Shown here piece by piece: positions 13,107 to 24,959 of a stretch of DNA of 64,000 bases. The stretch's first letter is position 1. Every line of letters starts with the position of its first letter. A program made the position numbers and the translations under genes. Location of the stretch: the NCBI RefSeq assembly GCF_006345805.1, contig NC_043003.1:104098001-104162000 (forward strand), given 5' to 3'. The notes beneath the pieces were generated by a model. That model was given only the letters and a program-made list of their open reading frames with translations. It had not been told where the DNA came from and made no database searches. This DNA comes from Octopus sinensis. Its lineage: Eukaryota.

Positions 13107-16092
13107 CTTCTTCTTCTTACAGCATTCACCCGGGGCTGTGTTGAGCTGGCTTCATTCATCCTCAATGCTGCATCTCTCACAAACGCTGACCAGGCCTGGC
13201 GATTTGAGGCTAACGACCGCGTGATCTCCAACCACTCCTTATTCCAGCGGCGAACGCCATAGACATGGGGGCCTAAGTTGGGTTCCAGATCGGCCTTGAC
13301 TGTCGTCAGCCAGGTTTTTCGTTGTCCACCACATTGCTTTCGCCAGCCTTGAAGGGGAGCTGGGGCAGTTGCTTCGTAGATGGATTCTCCTGGTTGACGA
13401 TGGAGGGCATGACCCAGCCAATGCAGACGTTTCGTTAGGATGACTTATCGGAGGGAGGTGATTCTGCACTGGTGTCGCACCGAATTGTTGGAGACAAAGT
13501 GATGCCATCGGATACGAAGGATGTGGCGTAGACAGAGGTGATTGAAGGATTCTAGTCGCTTAATATCTTCCACCCTCATTGGCCATGACTCGCTGCCGTA
13601 AAGGAGAATCGTTCGCACTAGTGCTTGGTAGATCCATACTTTGGTGGTGCGTCGGATCTCAGATCTTGACCAGAGTCGTGCACTGAGTCAGTTGAAGGCT
13701 TGGCGAGTGAGGCCGATTCATGTTTTAATGTCAGACTCACTTTGACCTATATCTGTAATGATGGTGCCAAGGTATTTTAAACACTCAACCTCTTCAAGAA
13801 TATCACCATTGAGGACAATGGATGTTTTGTGTGGTGGGGCAAAGCCGGCTGTGAGGATTTTGGTCTTCAAGGCATTGACTTTCATACCTATATCTTTATT
13901 ACCCACAAGGGGCTAAACACAGAGGGGACAAACAAGGACAGACATAGGTGTTAAGTCGATTACATTGACCCCAGTGCGTAACTAGTACTTAATTTATCGA
14001 CCCCGAAAGGATGAAAGGCAATGTCGACCTCGGCGGAATTTGAACTCACAACATAACGGCAGACGAAATACCGCTAAGCATTTCGCCCGGTGTGCTAACA
14101 TTTCTGTCAGCTCGCCACACCAATCTGAAATGCAACACGCTGGAGCTCATTGATAGCAAATTGGATGTCAGCAAATGTTTTGCCAAGTATCGCAATGTCA
14201 TCTGCATAGTCTAGATCCTTGACGGAAAAGTTGTGACTAACAGTGATACCGGGGAACTCCCTTAATGCATTTGTGGTGATCCAGTCGATGGCGTAATTGA
14301 AAAGAGTTGGCAATAGAACACATCCTTGCCGAACACCAGACAGTATTTCGAAGGGTTCCAACACTTCACCATACACAGGTACACGGGATCTTGTTGAGCG
14401 GTAATAAGCTTTGATAAGATTGAGAAGTTTAGGTGGGATACCATCTGCCTGCATGACCTTCCAGAGGGTGTCAAGATCGACGGAGTCGAATGCAACAGCA
14501 AAATCAACAAAGCAGATGACTGTTTTTCGCTGAAAGCACCAACGGTGTTCGAGGATTAGTCTTAGGGTGAAGATTTGATCGGTGCAGCCTCGATTTGGAC
14601 GGAAACCACACTGGTTTGATCTTGTTCTAGAGTCACATTCTGATTGGAATCGTCTCAGAAGAATAGATGCAAATATTTTGGCAGAAACGTCAATGAGACT
14701 GATGCCACGGTAGTTGCTGCAGCAGTGTTTATCGCCTTTCTTAAAGAAAGGTACCAGTGTTGCATCGCTCCAGTCTTGGGGGAGGGTTTCCATATCCCAA
14801 ACCCTGGTGATAACTTGATGAATTGCGGGCCCCAGTATATTTGCACAATGCTTGAGGATCTCGGCAGGAATGTTATCTTCGCCGGCAGCTTTGTTATTTT
14901 TGAGCTTTCTGATAACAGCAAGGACCTCTTCAAGCATAGTAGAAGCTGTTTGGCAGTTATACAAGGTTGGGGTCGCGTCGATTGCAGGAGCAGATAAGAG
15001 GGGCTGGTGGTCATGGTTCAAGATTGGCGAAATGGTCTCTTCAGCGGATGATGTGCTCAGTGAGATTGGTGATGGGATCACCATTCTGGTCCAAAATGGT
15101 TTCGTTACCATTCCAGCCTGTCTTTGTGCTCGATCGAAGGAGGCTGTAAAGCTTACGGGAGTCCCCAGTAGATGCGGCACATTCCATGTCTTCAGCTACC
15201 ATCCTCCAGAATTTATTTCGATCAGTGCAGGCAAAACGGGCAGCTTCACGGCGCAGTTGTCTGAAGGTATCGGATTGATTGCATCGAGCTTATTTCGCTT
15301 TTTCAGCAATTTCGACTGTTTGGCCCGAGATCCAATCTTTGTTTTTCGCTTAGTAGTGCCAAGTGTTGTGGACATCATGGATTGAAGATTGTTTGACCGT
15401 TTGCCAGACTTCATCTGAGGAATCAAGGGACTTCGAGCCCATTAAACCGATTTGTTAATTCAATACGGAATAAATGTTCGGTCTGGTTACTTTTTAGCTT
15501 CGAGATATATCTTAGAGCGAGACTTGACGGCCTTGAGATGAAGACGTAGTTTTGCCCGTCCTAATATATGATCGGAACCATGTTCGCTGCCGGTTTCTGC
15601 GCCTTTGAACATTCGACAATCAAGGATGCTCGACGTCCAGCAGCTTCTAACGAGAAAATGGTCAATCTGGTTTGCTGTAACACCATCATTGGAGTACTAT
15701 GTAAGAAGATGGCGCCGTTGATGTTGAAAGCACATGCTGGAAACAGTAAGATGATTTGCAGCAGCGAAATTGACAAGTCTTTCACCATTGGCGCATTGGT
15801 TGCCAATCGCAAACCGTCCCAGTATGTGGTTGTTAGTGGTGTTACTTGGTCCTGTGCGGGCATTCCAATCGCCTGCAACAATTAGGATGTCACTTGCGGG
15901 TATGCGATCAACAACTGCTTGTAAAGCATCAAAGAAAGGAGTCCTTATCTTCATCAGAAGCGCTGAGAATGGGAGCGTAGACAACAATGACACTGATGTT
16001 GATAGCCAAACCTCTGAGGTGGATATGGGCTAGATGGGGGGAGATAGGTTCCCCTATATTCATTTACTTGTCATAAGTAATATATTTGCTAA
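13107..16092 (-). mobile_element. 5'-truncated RTE LINE (APE endonuclease plus RT), 14-bp TSD
   Basis: APE motifs VYAP and AGDWNARTG; RT motifs NYRGISL, QCGFRPNRGCTDQIF, GVRQGC, LDYADDIA. (AGA)n tail. TSD ACTCTGAAATTTTT at 13093-13106 and 16093-16106. Confidence 0.93.
13889..14116 (-). mobile_element. tRNA-derived SINE (family B) inserted into the RTE RT domain
   Basis: Head GGCGAGCTGACAGAAATGTTAGC, B-box-like GAGTTCAAATTCC, core GCCTTTCATCCTTTCGGGGTCGATAAA. Removing it rejoins FQIG-MKVNA. Confidence 0.9.
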
Positions 16093-16794
16093 ACTCTGAA
16101 ATTTTTGACTAATATACTAGTATAATACACAATGCTGTGTGTGTGACTTTTACCTGAGAATGTACCTTAAGAATGTAAAACAAATCTATGTAAGCCTATA
16201 GGCTGACTTACGATCAGTCAGTTGGAACCATTTGTGGTCGTAAGTCAACAACGAACAGTACATGGGAGATAGGTGCAGATGGCTGTGTCACAATATATGG
16301 ATTCAAGTAAACCAGTAGTACTCATAAGCGTATAAATAGGGGCGTTTACTGAGTTTCATGAAGCAATAATTCTTACTAGTTTGGCCAAAGGTTGCCTTTT
16401 ATTTCTTATCATGCAAAATATGTCAGCAGTTCTTTCTGGAGCATAAAACACATTCAGATACAAAAACAGAGGACATATACACGAACACACAAAGACAGTC
16501 ACATGTATAACATGTCACAGAGACACCCATACATAAAACAACAAAGTTCACTAGATCTACTTGAAATGGCAATCAGCTTTATCTCAAAGCACACCCTATT
16601 GTCTAAAAATTCAAGGTTGCTTATAGATCTACTCACAGCAGACTTATAATTAAATGACTTGTCTAATTGCATAGCTAATCAGTCTTTCAACTCACTTTAT
16701 CATACGTGAGGCCATTCCATACATGTGTCTAGCACACATTTTCTTTCAGACCTATAATTGATATTCATAATGTAGCTATATTCTAACAATATTC

Positions 16795-16832
<38 letters not shown>

Positions 16833-16833
<1 letters not shown>

Positions 16834-16918
16834 TTCTTTCCTGATGAGATTGCATAATGCACCCTTTATTCCTTTGGAATGAAAACATGTTGTCTTCGAA
16901 ACATATGTCGAGAGTAAA
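16833..16918 (+). ncRNA. Minimal type I hammerhead ribozyme motif with canonical core
   Basis: ctttc-CTGATGA (16841-16847)...tc-GAAA-CATATG-TC-gagag: palindromic stem III, GUC cleavage triplet, stem I ctttc/gagag. Confidence 0.65.
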
Positions 16919-17138
16919 GGAATTTTGTTAACATCTTCGTTCGACTCCATTCTTTCATTTATTCATATACAACACACAAATTTCTACACATGAACCCGGA
17001 GTTTCTACCCTTGGACAGGTCGCTTCAACCATGTTTCTGATGTGAATTTGCTACCCAGGTTTCGGTTAAACGAATTTTCCATGCTGACGATAAACATAGG
17101 ATAACTCATTCACCTATTTATATATATATATATATACA

Positions 17139-17193
<55 letters not shown>

Positions 17194-17357
17194 ACAATGA
17201 GAATATTTAAACCTCTTATAGGGATATTAATCCATGAATACACTGGTTTAATATATATTTTGAAGAGATATTTCTTCAATGAATATATAAAATATCAAAT
17301 ATTATTATAAAATCAGGAAACAGAGAGACCTAATGGATACAAATTTATTAACATATT

Positions 17358-17460
17358 CACCTACAATTGTTTCATTTCACAAACAAAATTAAAATTACAA
17401 AACATACATAAATATATAATTTTGAATTTTAAAAACCTTGTATAGAAAATCATCAGGGTG
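17358..17460 (-). ncRNA. Minimal hammerhead motif overlapping one arm of a ~120 bp inverted repeat
   Basis: Minus strand reads CACC-CTGATGA...GAAA-CAATTG-TA-GGTG. Its 3' half is repeated inverted at ~17505-17630. Confidence 0.6.
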
Positions 17461-17760
17461 TACAGATAAGGATTACATCAGGATACATTTGGAATACTCA
17501 GAATATGTTTTGCGTAATTTTAATTTTTGTTTGTGAAATGAAACAATTGTAGGTGAATATGTTAATTAATAACTTAATTTGTATTCATTAGATATCTGTT
17601 TTCTAACTCGATAATAATGTTTCATATTATGTGTATGTAAATTACAGCCAATATAAATGTTGGTTGATTTTGCCAATCATGCTTGACACCACATACAAAA
17701 AGGAGATATAGTACTAGAGAAATATAAATAAACTGAACTTGAGAGGTCCCGGATGAATGC

Positions 17761-17959
17761 TCTCTTTTTACTCTCTTTTACTTGTTTCAGTCATTTGACT
17801 GCGGCCATGCTGGAGCACCGCCTTTAGTCGAGCAAATCGACCCTGGGACTTATTCTTTGTAAGCCGAGTACTTATTCTATCGGTCTCTTTTGCCGAACCG
17901 CTAAGTGACAGGGACGTAAACACACCAGCATCGGTTGTCAAGCAATGCTAGGGGGACAA

Positions 17960-18006
<47 letters not shown>

Positions 18007-18185
18007 TACGACGGGCTTCTTTCAGTTTCCGTCTACCAAATCCACTCACAAGGCTTTGGTCGGCCCGGGGCTATAATAGAAGACACTTGCCCAAGATGCC
18101 ACACAGTGGGACTGAACCCGGAACCATGTGGTTGGTTAGCAAGCTACTTATTAGCAAGCTACTTACCACACAGCCACTCCTGCAC
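17761..18185 (-). mobile_element. tRNA-derived SINE (family A, octopus OR/OK-like) with internal (TA)n
   Basis: GGAGTGGCTGTGTGGTAAG A-box region, GGTTCAGTCCC B-box, CORE-like CTTGGGCAAGTG, (GAGTAAAA)n-like tail. Confidence 0.9.
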
Positions 18186-18959
18186 ATATTAGTCTTGGTT
18201 GCAGGCAATGAATAAAGGAATGTTACAGTCTGTGAGAGAAAGAATCACAGAAATGGAGGAGTTATACATATGAGAAATAAGGTAATAAATATTTTCTGTT
18301 TTTGAAAATTAGTATTCATCTCATCATTTTGTATAAGCATCAAGAAATTTGATAAAACTTAAGTATATATACCACATTACTGATAATACCCATGTGAGAA
18401 AAAGCATACTTCCAAAGCTTAAGATCCGTTTCTATCTGTATTGTCCTTTATTGTCCAAATATTTTAATATTGGAATTATCTCCCTTCTTATATCTTAAAC
18501 TCATTGAGGATAGTTTTGTTTACTAACTGCATGTAGTTTTTCAACTCTCACAATTACATACTTGAGTAATCTACAGCATGTATATCACTATTTTTCTCAA
18601 ATGAACAATCAATTCAGTAGCTGACATTTCTTCAATCTGTTTAAATCAATATATCTCGTCCTCCCTTCTTTTCCTTTTAACGCAGCCAGTTTTCTTTCAG
18701 AGTTCAACATATAATACAGCAGACACAAATTACATATATATGCATTAGTGATACATGTACCATAGAAAAAGGGCTCAATACATGCAGAGTAAATCATCCA
18801 AAAATGAGTATATTGTTAATCTGCCGTGTATGTGTGTGTATCATATATATAGTTTGACAACTCCTCATTAAAGTCAATCTTAAGTACATTTAACTTTTTA
18901 ACTCCAACCAAATGTAATAAATGCTACTTTCATTTCTTCACTCGCATATATATATATTA

Positions 18960-19440
18960 CATGGAAAAATGAGCATGAAAAGAAATATTCTTAAGATTAT
19001 AAACCTGGAAAAGTATAGGACAAGTTATTACACTTGTAAAAGTATAGGACAAGTTTTTACTTAAGAATAAGAAACTTTTTACTTAAAATATTGTAGCAAA
19101 GAATGCCAGTTCTTCTAATTTATCCCTCTTTACAGTTCGCATCTTTTAAATTTATTGTACAAAACTGCTCAGCTAATTTGTAAGTTTGTCTAATTAGTCA
19201 CATTTTTCTGTATCTAAGGTAGTAAATTAGCCAAATTCTACTTAAATAAGTATAGTGCTATTTGTAAACTATAATAAAATAATTTTTAATATTCAAATTT
19301 TAATTTTAGCTGCAAGTTTCTTATTCTTTACTAGAAGTAATAGCTTGTCCTATACTTCTACAAGTGTAATAATTTGTCCCGAATTTTTTCCAGGTTTATA
19401 ATCTTAAGAATATTATTTTTCATGCTTGCATTTTTCCATG
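18960..19440. mobile_element. MITE with ~100 bp TIRs and TA TSD (Tc1/mariner-type)
   Basis: TA|CATGGAAAAATG...CATTTTTCCATG|TA. Both arms share AATATTCTTAAGATTATAAACCTGGAAAA. Confidence 0.85.
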
Positions 19441-19585
19441 TAAGCCTTGATTTTTCCAGGCATTGTTGTTATAAGATAATTAATAATGTGACAATAATTT
19501 AAGATTTGACATTATAAAATACTGAAAGATAATATTTCAATTTTTCCATGTAAGTGATGATATTTCAATTCTTTTCATGTTTAAT

Positions 19586-19647
<62 letters not shown>

Positions 19648-19737
19648 GATAAAATGCGAGCATGAAAAGTAATATCCTTAAGATTATAAACCTGGAAAAG
19701 TACTAATTGTGCGGGTGTTAATATAGAAATGTACCAT

Positions 19738-19925
19738 AATGTTGTTAAGTATCCGCAAATCAACCCTGATACCACCAACCTATCGTCAAAGACATTGCAG
19801 CCTTCAGCAAACCATCTTTTTAGGGATAATGTAGGACATTACATACAATGGGCGTGTGATTTAGGTAAGGGAATACATAGGCTGCTATTTTTAGTGTGTC
19901 AAGCGACCAGGTAGAAGCTCTTTCA
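19738..19925 (-). repeat. Old dispersed repeat (family C); other copies at ~53760-53945 (-) and ~56025-56212 (+)
   Basis: Shared degenerate AAATAGCAGCC...GATAATGTAGTCC-like motifs among the three loci. Confidence 0.45.
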
Positions 19926-20218
19926 TAAGTTTGATTGCGTGACGAATTTTTTTTACACATATATGTAATATGTATATATATATATATATCATCAGCAGAA
20001 GTTAGAGAATAAGTTAAAAGCAGAGAGTTTCATGTATTGGCACTTATCAAACACGAATTTGTCCATTGTCACTCTGTAACTTGTGATGAAATAACTTCTA
20101 AAATACAAAATTTTGTCAAAAATGTTAAGAGTAAACTCTGTTCTATGTGACACATTCTACCAGTATTGGAAGTTTGAAAGTGTTGAGTTAGAAAAAAATG
20201 AATGAAATAATCTGTACA

Positions 20219-20322
20219 TCAAAGTCAACCTCGGTAAAATTTGAACTCAAAAAATGTAAAGACAGACGAAATACAGTTAAGCATTTCACCCAGTGCACTA
20301 AAGTTTCTGCCAGCTCGCCATC
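20219..20322 (-). mobile_element. SINE family B, 5' fragment
   Basis: Reverse complement reads GGCGAGCTGGCAGAAAC...GAGTTCAAATTTTACCGAGGTTGACTTTG. Confidence 0.8.
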
Positions 20323-21942
20323 TTAGAAAGTAAACATTCATTTTAGAAATATATTCTTTATTCTTATAGCTGAAGCGTTACTCCCTTACTCACTGACAGG
20401 AAATTTCACATTTTACCTCATTTTCTACTACATTTTGTTCAATGCAACTAGTGATTCTGAATTCCTCATGCATTTTTCTATCAATTTAAGAAAGATATAC
20501 TTTTAATTTAAAATTAAAAAGTTTATCTTAATTGAAGGTGAATAGGTGCCTTACTGCCCCTTGAGGTCGCAGATATTTTGATGTAACTTTTTTTCTACTG
20601 AACAAAATCTCAAACTATTTATGCCAAAGTGTAGCTGAGGAGGTATTCTCTCTAAAACTGCAAACAGTTTGCAATTTAGTTGAGGACTGAATTAGTGGTG
20701 AATCTTAGAAGCTGCTTCGATTGACGGAATGGTGGACTTAAGAATATATTCAACCACTGATCATATATATGTGTGTGTAATGCAACAGTAACAAAATACA
20801 CTGAAAATATATTTTACATACTGCAAACATCCGGAATAAATCTCAAGAGGGATAAAGTGAGAGAGAGAGTATGTTACTTGTGGCATACCTTTGCGCAAAT
20901 ATCTGTGCGTTCATATAGCACACGCGAGAATTCGTGTCTAAATCATTATAAATAAATAAATTTAAATACAACTTACCCACACAATGTCCCTTTAATCGTT
21001 ACAAGTATAAGAATGCGCTAATTTATAAAATGTAGGCGTGAGCCTTAGGCACTCACTTAGCTTGAAAACAAATTTGATGACACTATACAATGCTGAGCTT
21101 GGCAATCGTTTAAATTACGGCTAGATAATAGGTTAACGAACCATCAGGACAGACATACTAATGTTTTCGATAGAATATTTTAGTATATACTGTATATACT
21201 TTTTTCTACGAATAAAATTATCATAGACAGCTAAATCAAAATGACTTATAATGTCAGTGGAGAGCAGAAGATACCTTGTGGTGTTTACTTACAACAAATT
21301 CATACGTGGATCGACTTTTATTCAATTGACGAGCTTGGGTCGATTGAATAAGTAACAATCAAATACCATTCCGCTTTAAACGATTATACGTCTCCCCACA
21401 AAACGTAACCTCGTGCTTAAGCTGTAATTATTGCAGTTTCTAGAAATTAATTAGATATACTGTGATCATATCCTTCGAGTGCTGCTTAAATTTATCCCCC
21501 AAAGTACAAAAGGGAGTGGATTTATAGGGTTTGTGTACAATTGTATACGAAACTAGTGACAAAGATAGGAAATTCTGAAGAAAAGACAACGAATCTTCGA
21601 CAAATGGAAAAACGAAAAAAAAAAAAATCAACTCTCTCTATATATATATATATATGTAATGTATGTATGTATACACGCACACACATATATAGAGGGAGAG
21701 AGGTTGCTTATAATTAAATTATAAACGTTTTAAATATATTGTTAGTTTATATATATACATATATCATAATAAACACACTGGTCTTCAAACTTCGATGTAC
21801 ACTTTATATCATTACCACTGTCCGTTAAACAATAAAGTTGAGGAAAACCGTCGTTATTTTTATCAGCCACCATTGATATGAATCCAATTACCTGAGACAG
21901 GTGGGAGTCATTAATACATGTCAATTACAGGTGGCAGCTCAC

Positions 21943-22190
21943 CTTCTTCGTTCGACAAACAAGTCTTTCCCTTCCAAGAACGATTATCTTGAGCAACAAC
22001 AACAAAATGATTAAAATAAAGACAACATTAAGAGAATGAAAAAAAGATGCTGGAATAAAGAAAAGGTGTGAACTTTACCATCTTGAAGCGGTGTTGGAAA
22101 CAACAGACGAACAAATCTTGTCCGATTAAATTGCACCAGATGCAATCGTGTCCTGTTAAACCCAGCGAATGAGTACCATGTCACTGAAGA
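21943..22190 (-). other. Candidate first two exons of an unidentified spliced transcript
   Basis: ATG|GTAAAG donor at 22079/22078, a 91-nt T-rich intron, then a 45-nt exon 21987-21943 ending AAG|GTGAGC. Confidence 0.4.
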
Positions 22191-22370
22191 TTGAGTACAC
22201 AACGTGATGACGTCACTGGACGTAATACTGTTGAATGACTGAGACGCTGGTTGTTTTTTCACCAATCAGACAATAACATGTATAAAACGTCACGAGAATG
22301 TGATTAGATTTTAGTAACAAACGATATAAGCTTGACACGCATATATGCCTTTATGTAGGGGGCGTGTCTC
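22180..22370. promoter_or_regulatory. Promoter-like cluster: CRE, CCAAT and GC-box
   Basis: TGACGTCA at 22208-22215, CCAAT at 22262-22266, GGGGGCGTGTC at ~22358-22368. Locally CpG-retaining non-repetitive sequence. Confidence 0.5.
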
Positions 22371-23770
22371 TCAAATGCTGTATAATCCCTGTTTTACCTG
22401 AATCACCTGACAATTCCGCCGCAAATAATAATTCGCTACAGTTTTGCTTGTTTGCGTATCTCATGATATAATCTTTCCACTTGAAAAAGAAACATTTTTT
22501 TAAAATCAAGTGGTGTGTATGAAAAAGAAGAACGAATTTCCACGCAAGACGATGATGTAAACTTCTTTTACTCTAGATATCGTTAAAACTAAGTTAGCAA
22601 AGCCAACTTGAATCCTAAATCAAAATTCGTACCTATTCATAAAAAGTCAGTGCCTGATAGTCTAATCCAATCAGAATTTCCTTCATGGAATATCATCAAA
22701 TGTATAATCACTGATCCTAATTCTGTATTGCATTACAATTAATAAGCAGAATCAAGAATTAATTTCTTATGGTTAAAAACGATTTCTGCTTTCAGCACAG
22801 GGCTAGCAATTTTGAAGGTTGCAGTTAGTCAATTCCACCAACTGGCGTACATAATTGGTACTTTAATTCATTGACCCTGAAAAAATAAAAGGCAACATTG
22901 ACCTCTATTCATAAAAAATATAGGATCTTTTCATGGCCTTCAAAATGAAAAGATCCAAAAAATAACTTAAAAATTAAAAAGGGCATAACAATGAAAATGA
23001 GTCAAAGAGACACAGTTCATCAATTCCATATGACACCAAAGAATCATTTATTTTGTGGCCCCTAGAACTCACAACTCTGAATTACCTCACCAAGGTCTCC
23101 TCATGTCTCAAATCTTGGTGGTGACCAAGTGCAGTCTTAAGGTATAGGCAGACTGAACACTTGTCCAAGGACCCTACAGGTGTAGGGACCCAATGCAAAT
23201 CTATGTATGCTGTAGTTGTGTTTATCGATGCCCCAGGACATTGCTTTTCCTGGGGACTTATAGTACTGTTGAGGCAACCCTGGTGGTGACATATAGATAG
23301 GAGAGCTTGCAACTTTTCCCACTTACTAACTAAAGTCTCCAAAGGACAAATGATGGAGCCAGATGATTTTGTTTGTTTTTTTGGGGTTTTTTTCTGCTCT
23401 AAAATCATGCCCAGATACATTCCATCTACAAACAGGGATAATAATGACTTCATTATTATCCCTGTCACCACTATCAGAACTGCTGTAAATAGCAGCACAT
23501 ATACCCTTTACTTAATTCACTTGATTCATATTTTACCCAAATTTCTTTTCATTTTTAGGTATTTAGTCTTTTTAGTCTTCAATTCCCTTCTGTTTTACTG
23601 CTTCTTCCTTGTTTTTTTTTTCCATAATTTTTATCATTTTTAAGCACCCTTTTTTTCTTAGTTTTCCATGGACCCTGTTATCTTTCCACCATCTTTTACA
23701 GCTACCTTTTTCTAATCATTTAAAAAATCTTTTCAAAAATTTTTTTCCAACTTTTTTCTTTATAAAGTTA

Positions 23771-24152
23771 CTAGCAGTATTGCCCGGTGTTGCTCGGGTT
23801 TGTAAGGGAAATAACTATATAAGCATTTTTAGAGATGTAAAGTATAATACCCATCTCAATATGGCTAACCACAAAGGGGGGGTGTTACTGTAGCTTTTTA
23901 CATTCTGAGATTTAATAATAAATTTTTAGAGAGTTACTTCCCTTATATATGCCAAAAATGCATTGAAAATGGGAAAAATTGATGGTAAATTTTTTTTTAA
24001 ATCGTAGACGCGCGCTAATACCCAGAAGGGCTCGATATGAATCACGACTATAAGATACCCGGTTTTGGTTAAACTGCACCGTAAAATGTGGGAGTAGTTA
24101 GGAATCTAAATTGTAGGAGACAGACACACAACTTCACTTTTATATATAAAGA
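23771..24152 (-). mobile_element. Full-length non-autonomous Helitron
   Basis: Minus strand reads A|TCTTTATATATAAAAG...CCCGAGCAACACCGGG...CTAG|T: 5' TC, 3' hairpin and CTAG, A/T target, no TSD. Confidence 0.88.
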
Positions 24153-24959
24153 TTTATATCCCCTCAGTATTATTTTGTTATCTATTTTTGTCCAGTTTGT
24201 TTTCATTCTTACCTTTATTTATTTTATTTTACTTTATTCCACTTGAACTTTTGGCCATTCCTCCAAAACAGTATCCCAGTTGTTAGAGTTTCCTTTCATT
24301 TTAATCACCATGCTTTTCAGTAATTTTCAATATTTTGTGCACACCCTCTCAATCTTCACTAATCCTTAAAAATCTTTTGCATTTTTCAACATTTTGTTTA
24401 CTGCTTTGCCATTTTGCCCATCCCTCTAATTCAGCAACCATACAATTTTAACTCTTATGTTATTTTAATATTTTATTTTTCATTCATTACTTCTAATCCT
24501 CATCTGCTGTTCCAAAATGTATTATTCAAACACCCATTCCCTCTTCCCTTTCTTTTTTATTTTTTCCTTTTCTTCCTTTTTTTTTCCTTTTTCTATTCTT
24601 TCCTAATTTTTCTTTAATTCTCCTTTCCCTCTATCTTTTTCCCTTTTGCTCCTCGTCTTCTTTTTAGTTTCCTTTTCTTTTCTTTCTCTTTCATTCTCAT
24701 TTTCTTTCTCATTCTTTTTCTCTTTTCTTCCATCCTGTTTTTCTCCTTTTTTCTCACCTGTATCATACTTTCTCCCTATCATCACACCCTACACACACAC
24801 ACACACACTGTTTATAAATGTGTAACAGCTTGCCTGAAAATCCTGTGAACCTACAGGTGAATCTCAGAGGGAAGCAAGAGATTGGCCTGCCTAAAATAAA
24901 ATATAATTAATTTCTACCATTGAGTGCTCCTTTTTCTGACAGTATTCACATATGTATGT

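Noticed and set aside
16190-16262. Possible pogo/Tigger-like transposon end (GACTTACGA...TCGTAAGTC)
   Set aside because: No matching second terminus or transposase was recognised.
18300-18800. Coding-looking minus-strand stretch (ORF 18609-18797)
   Set aside because: Multiple stops and no recognisable motif or convincing splice pair.
23082-23498. 138-aa minus ORF ending near donor-like sites
   Set aside because: No homology recognised; crosses low-complexity sequence.
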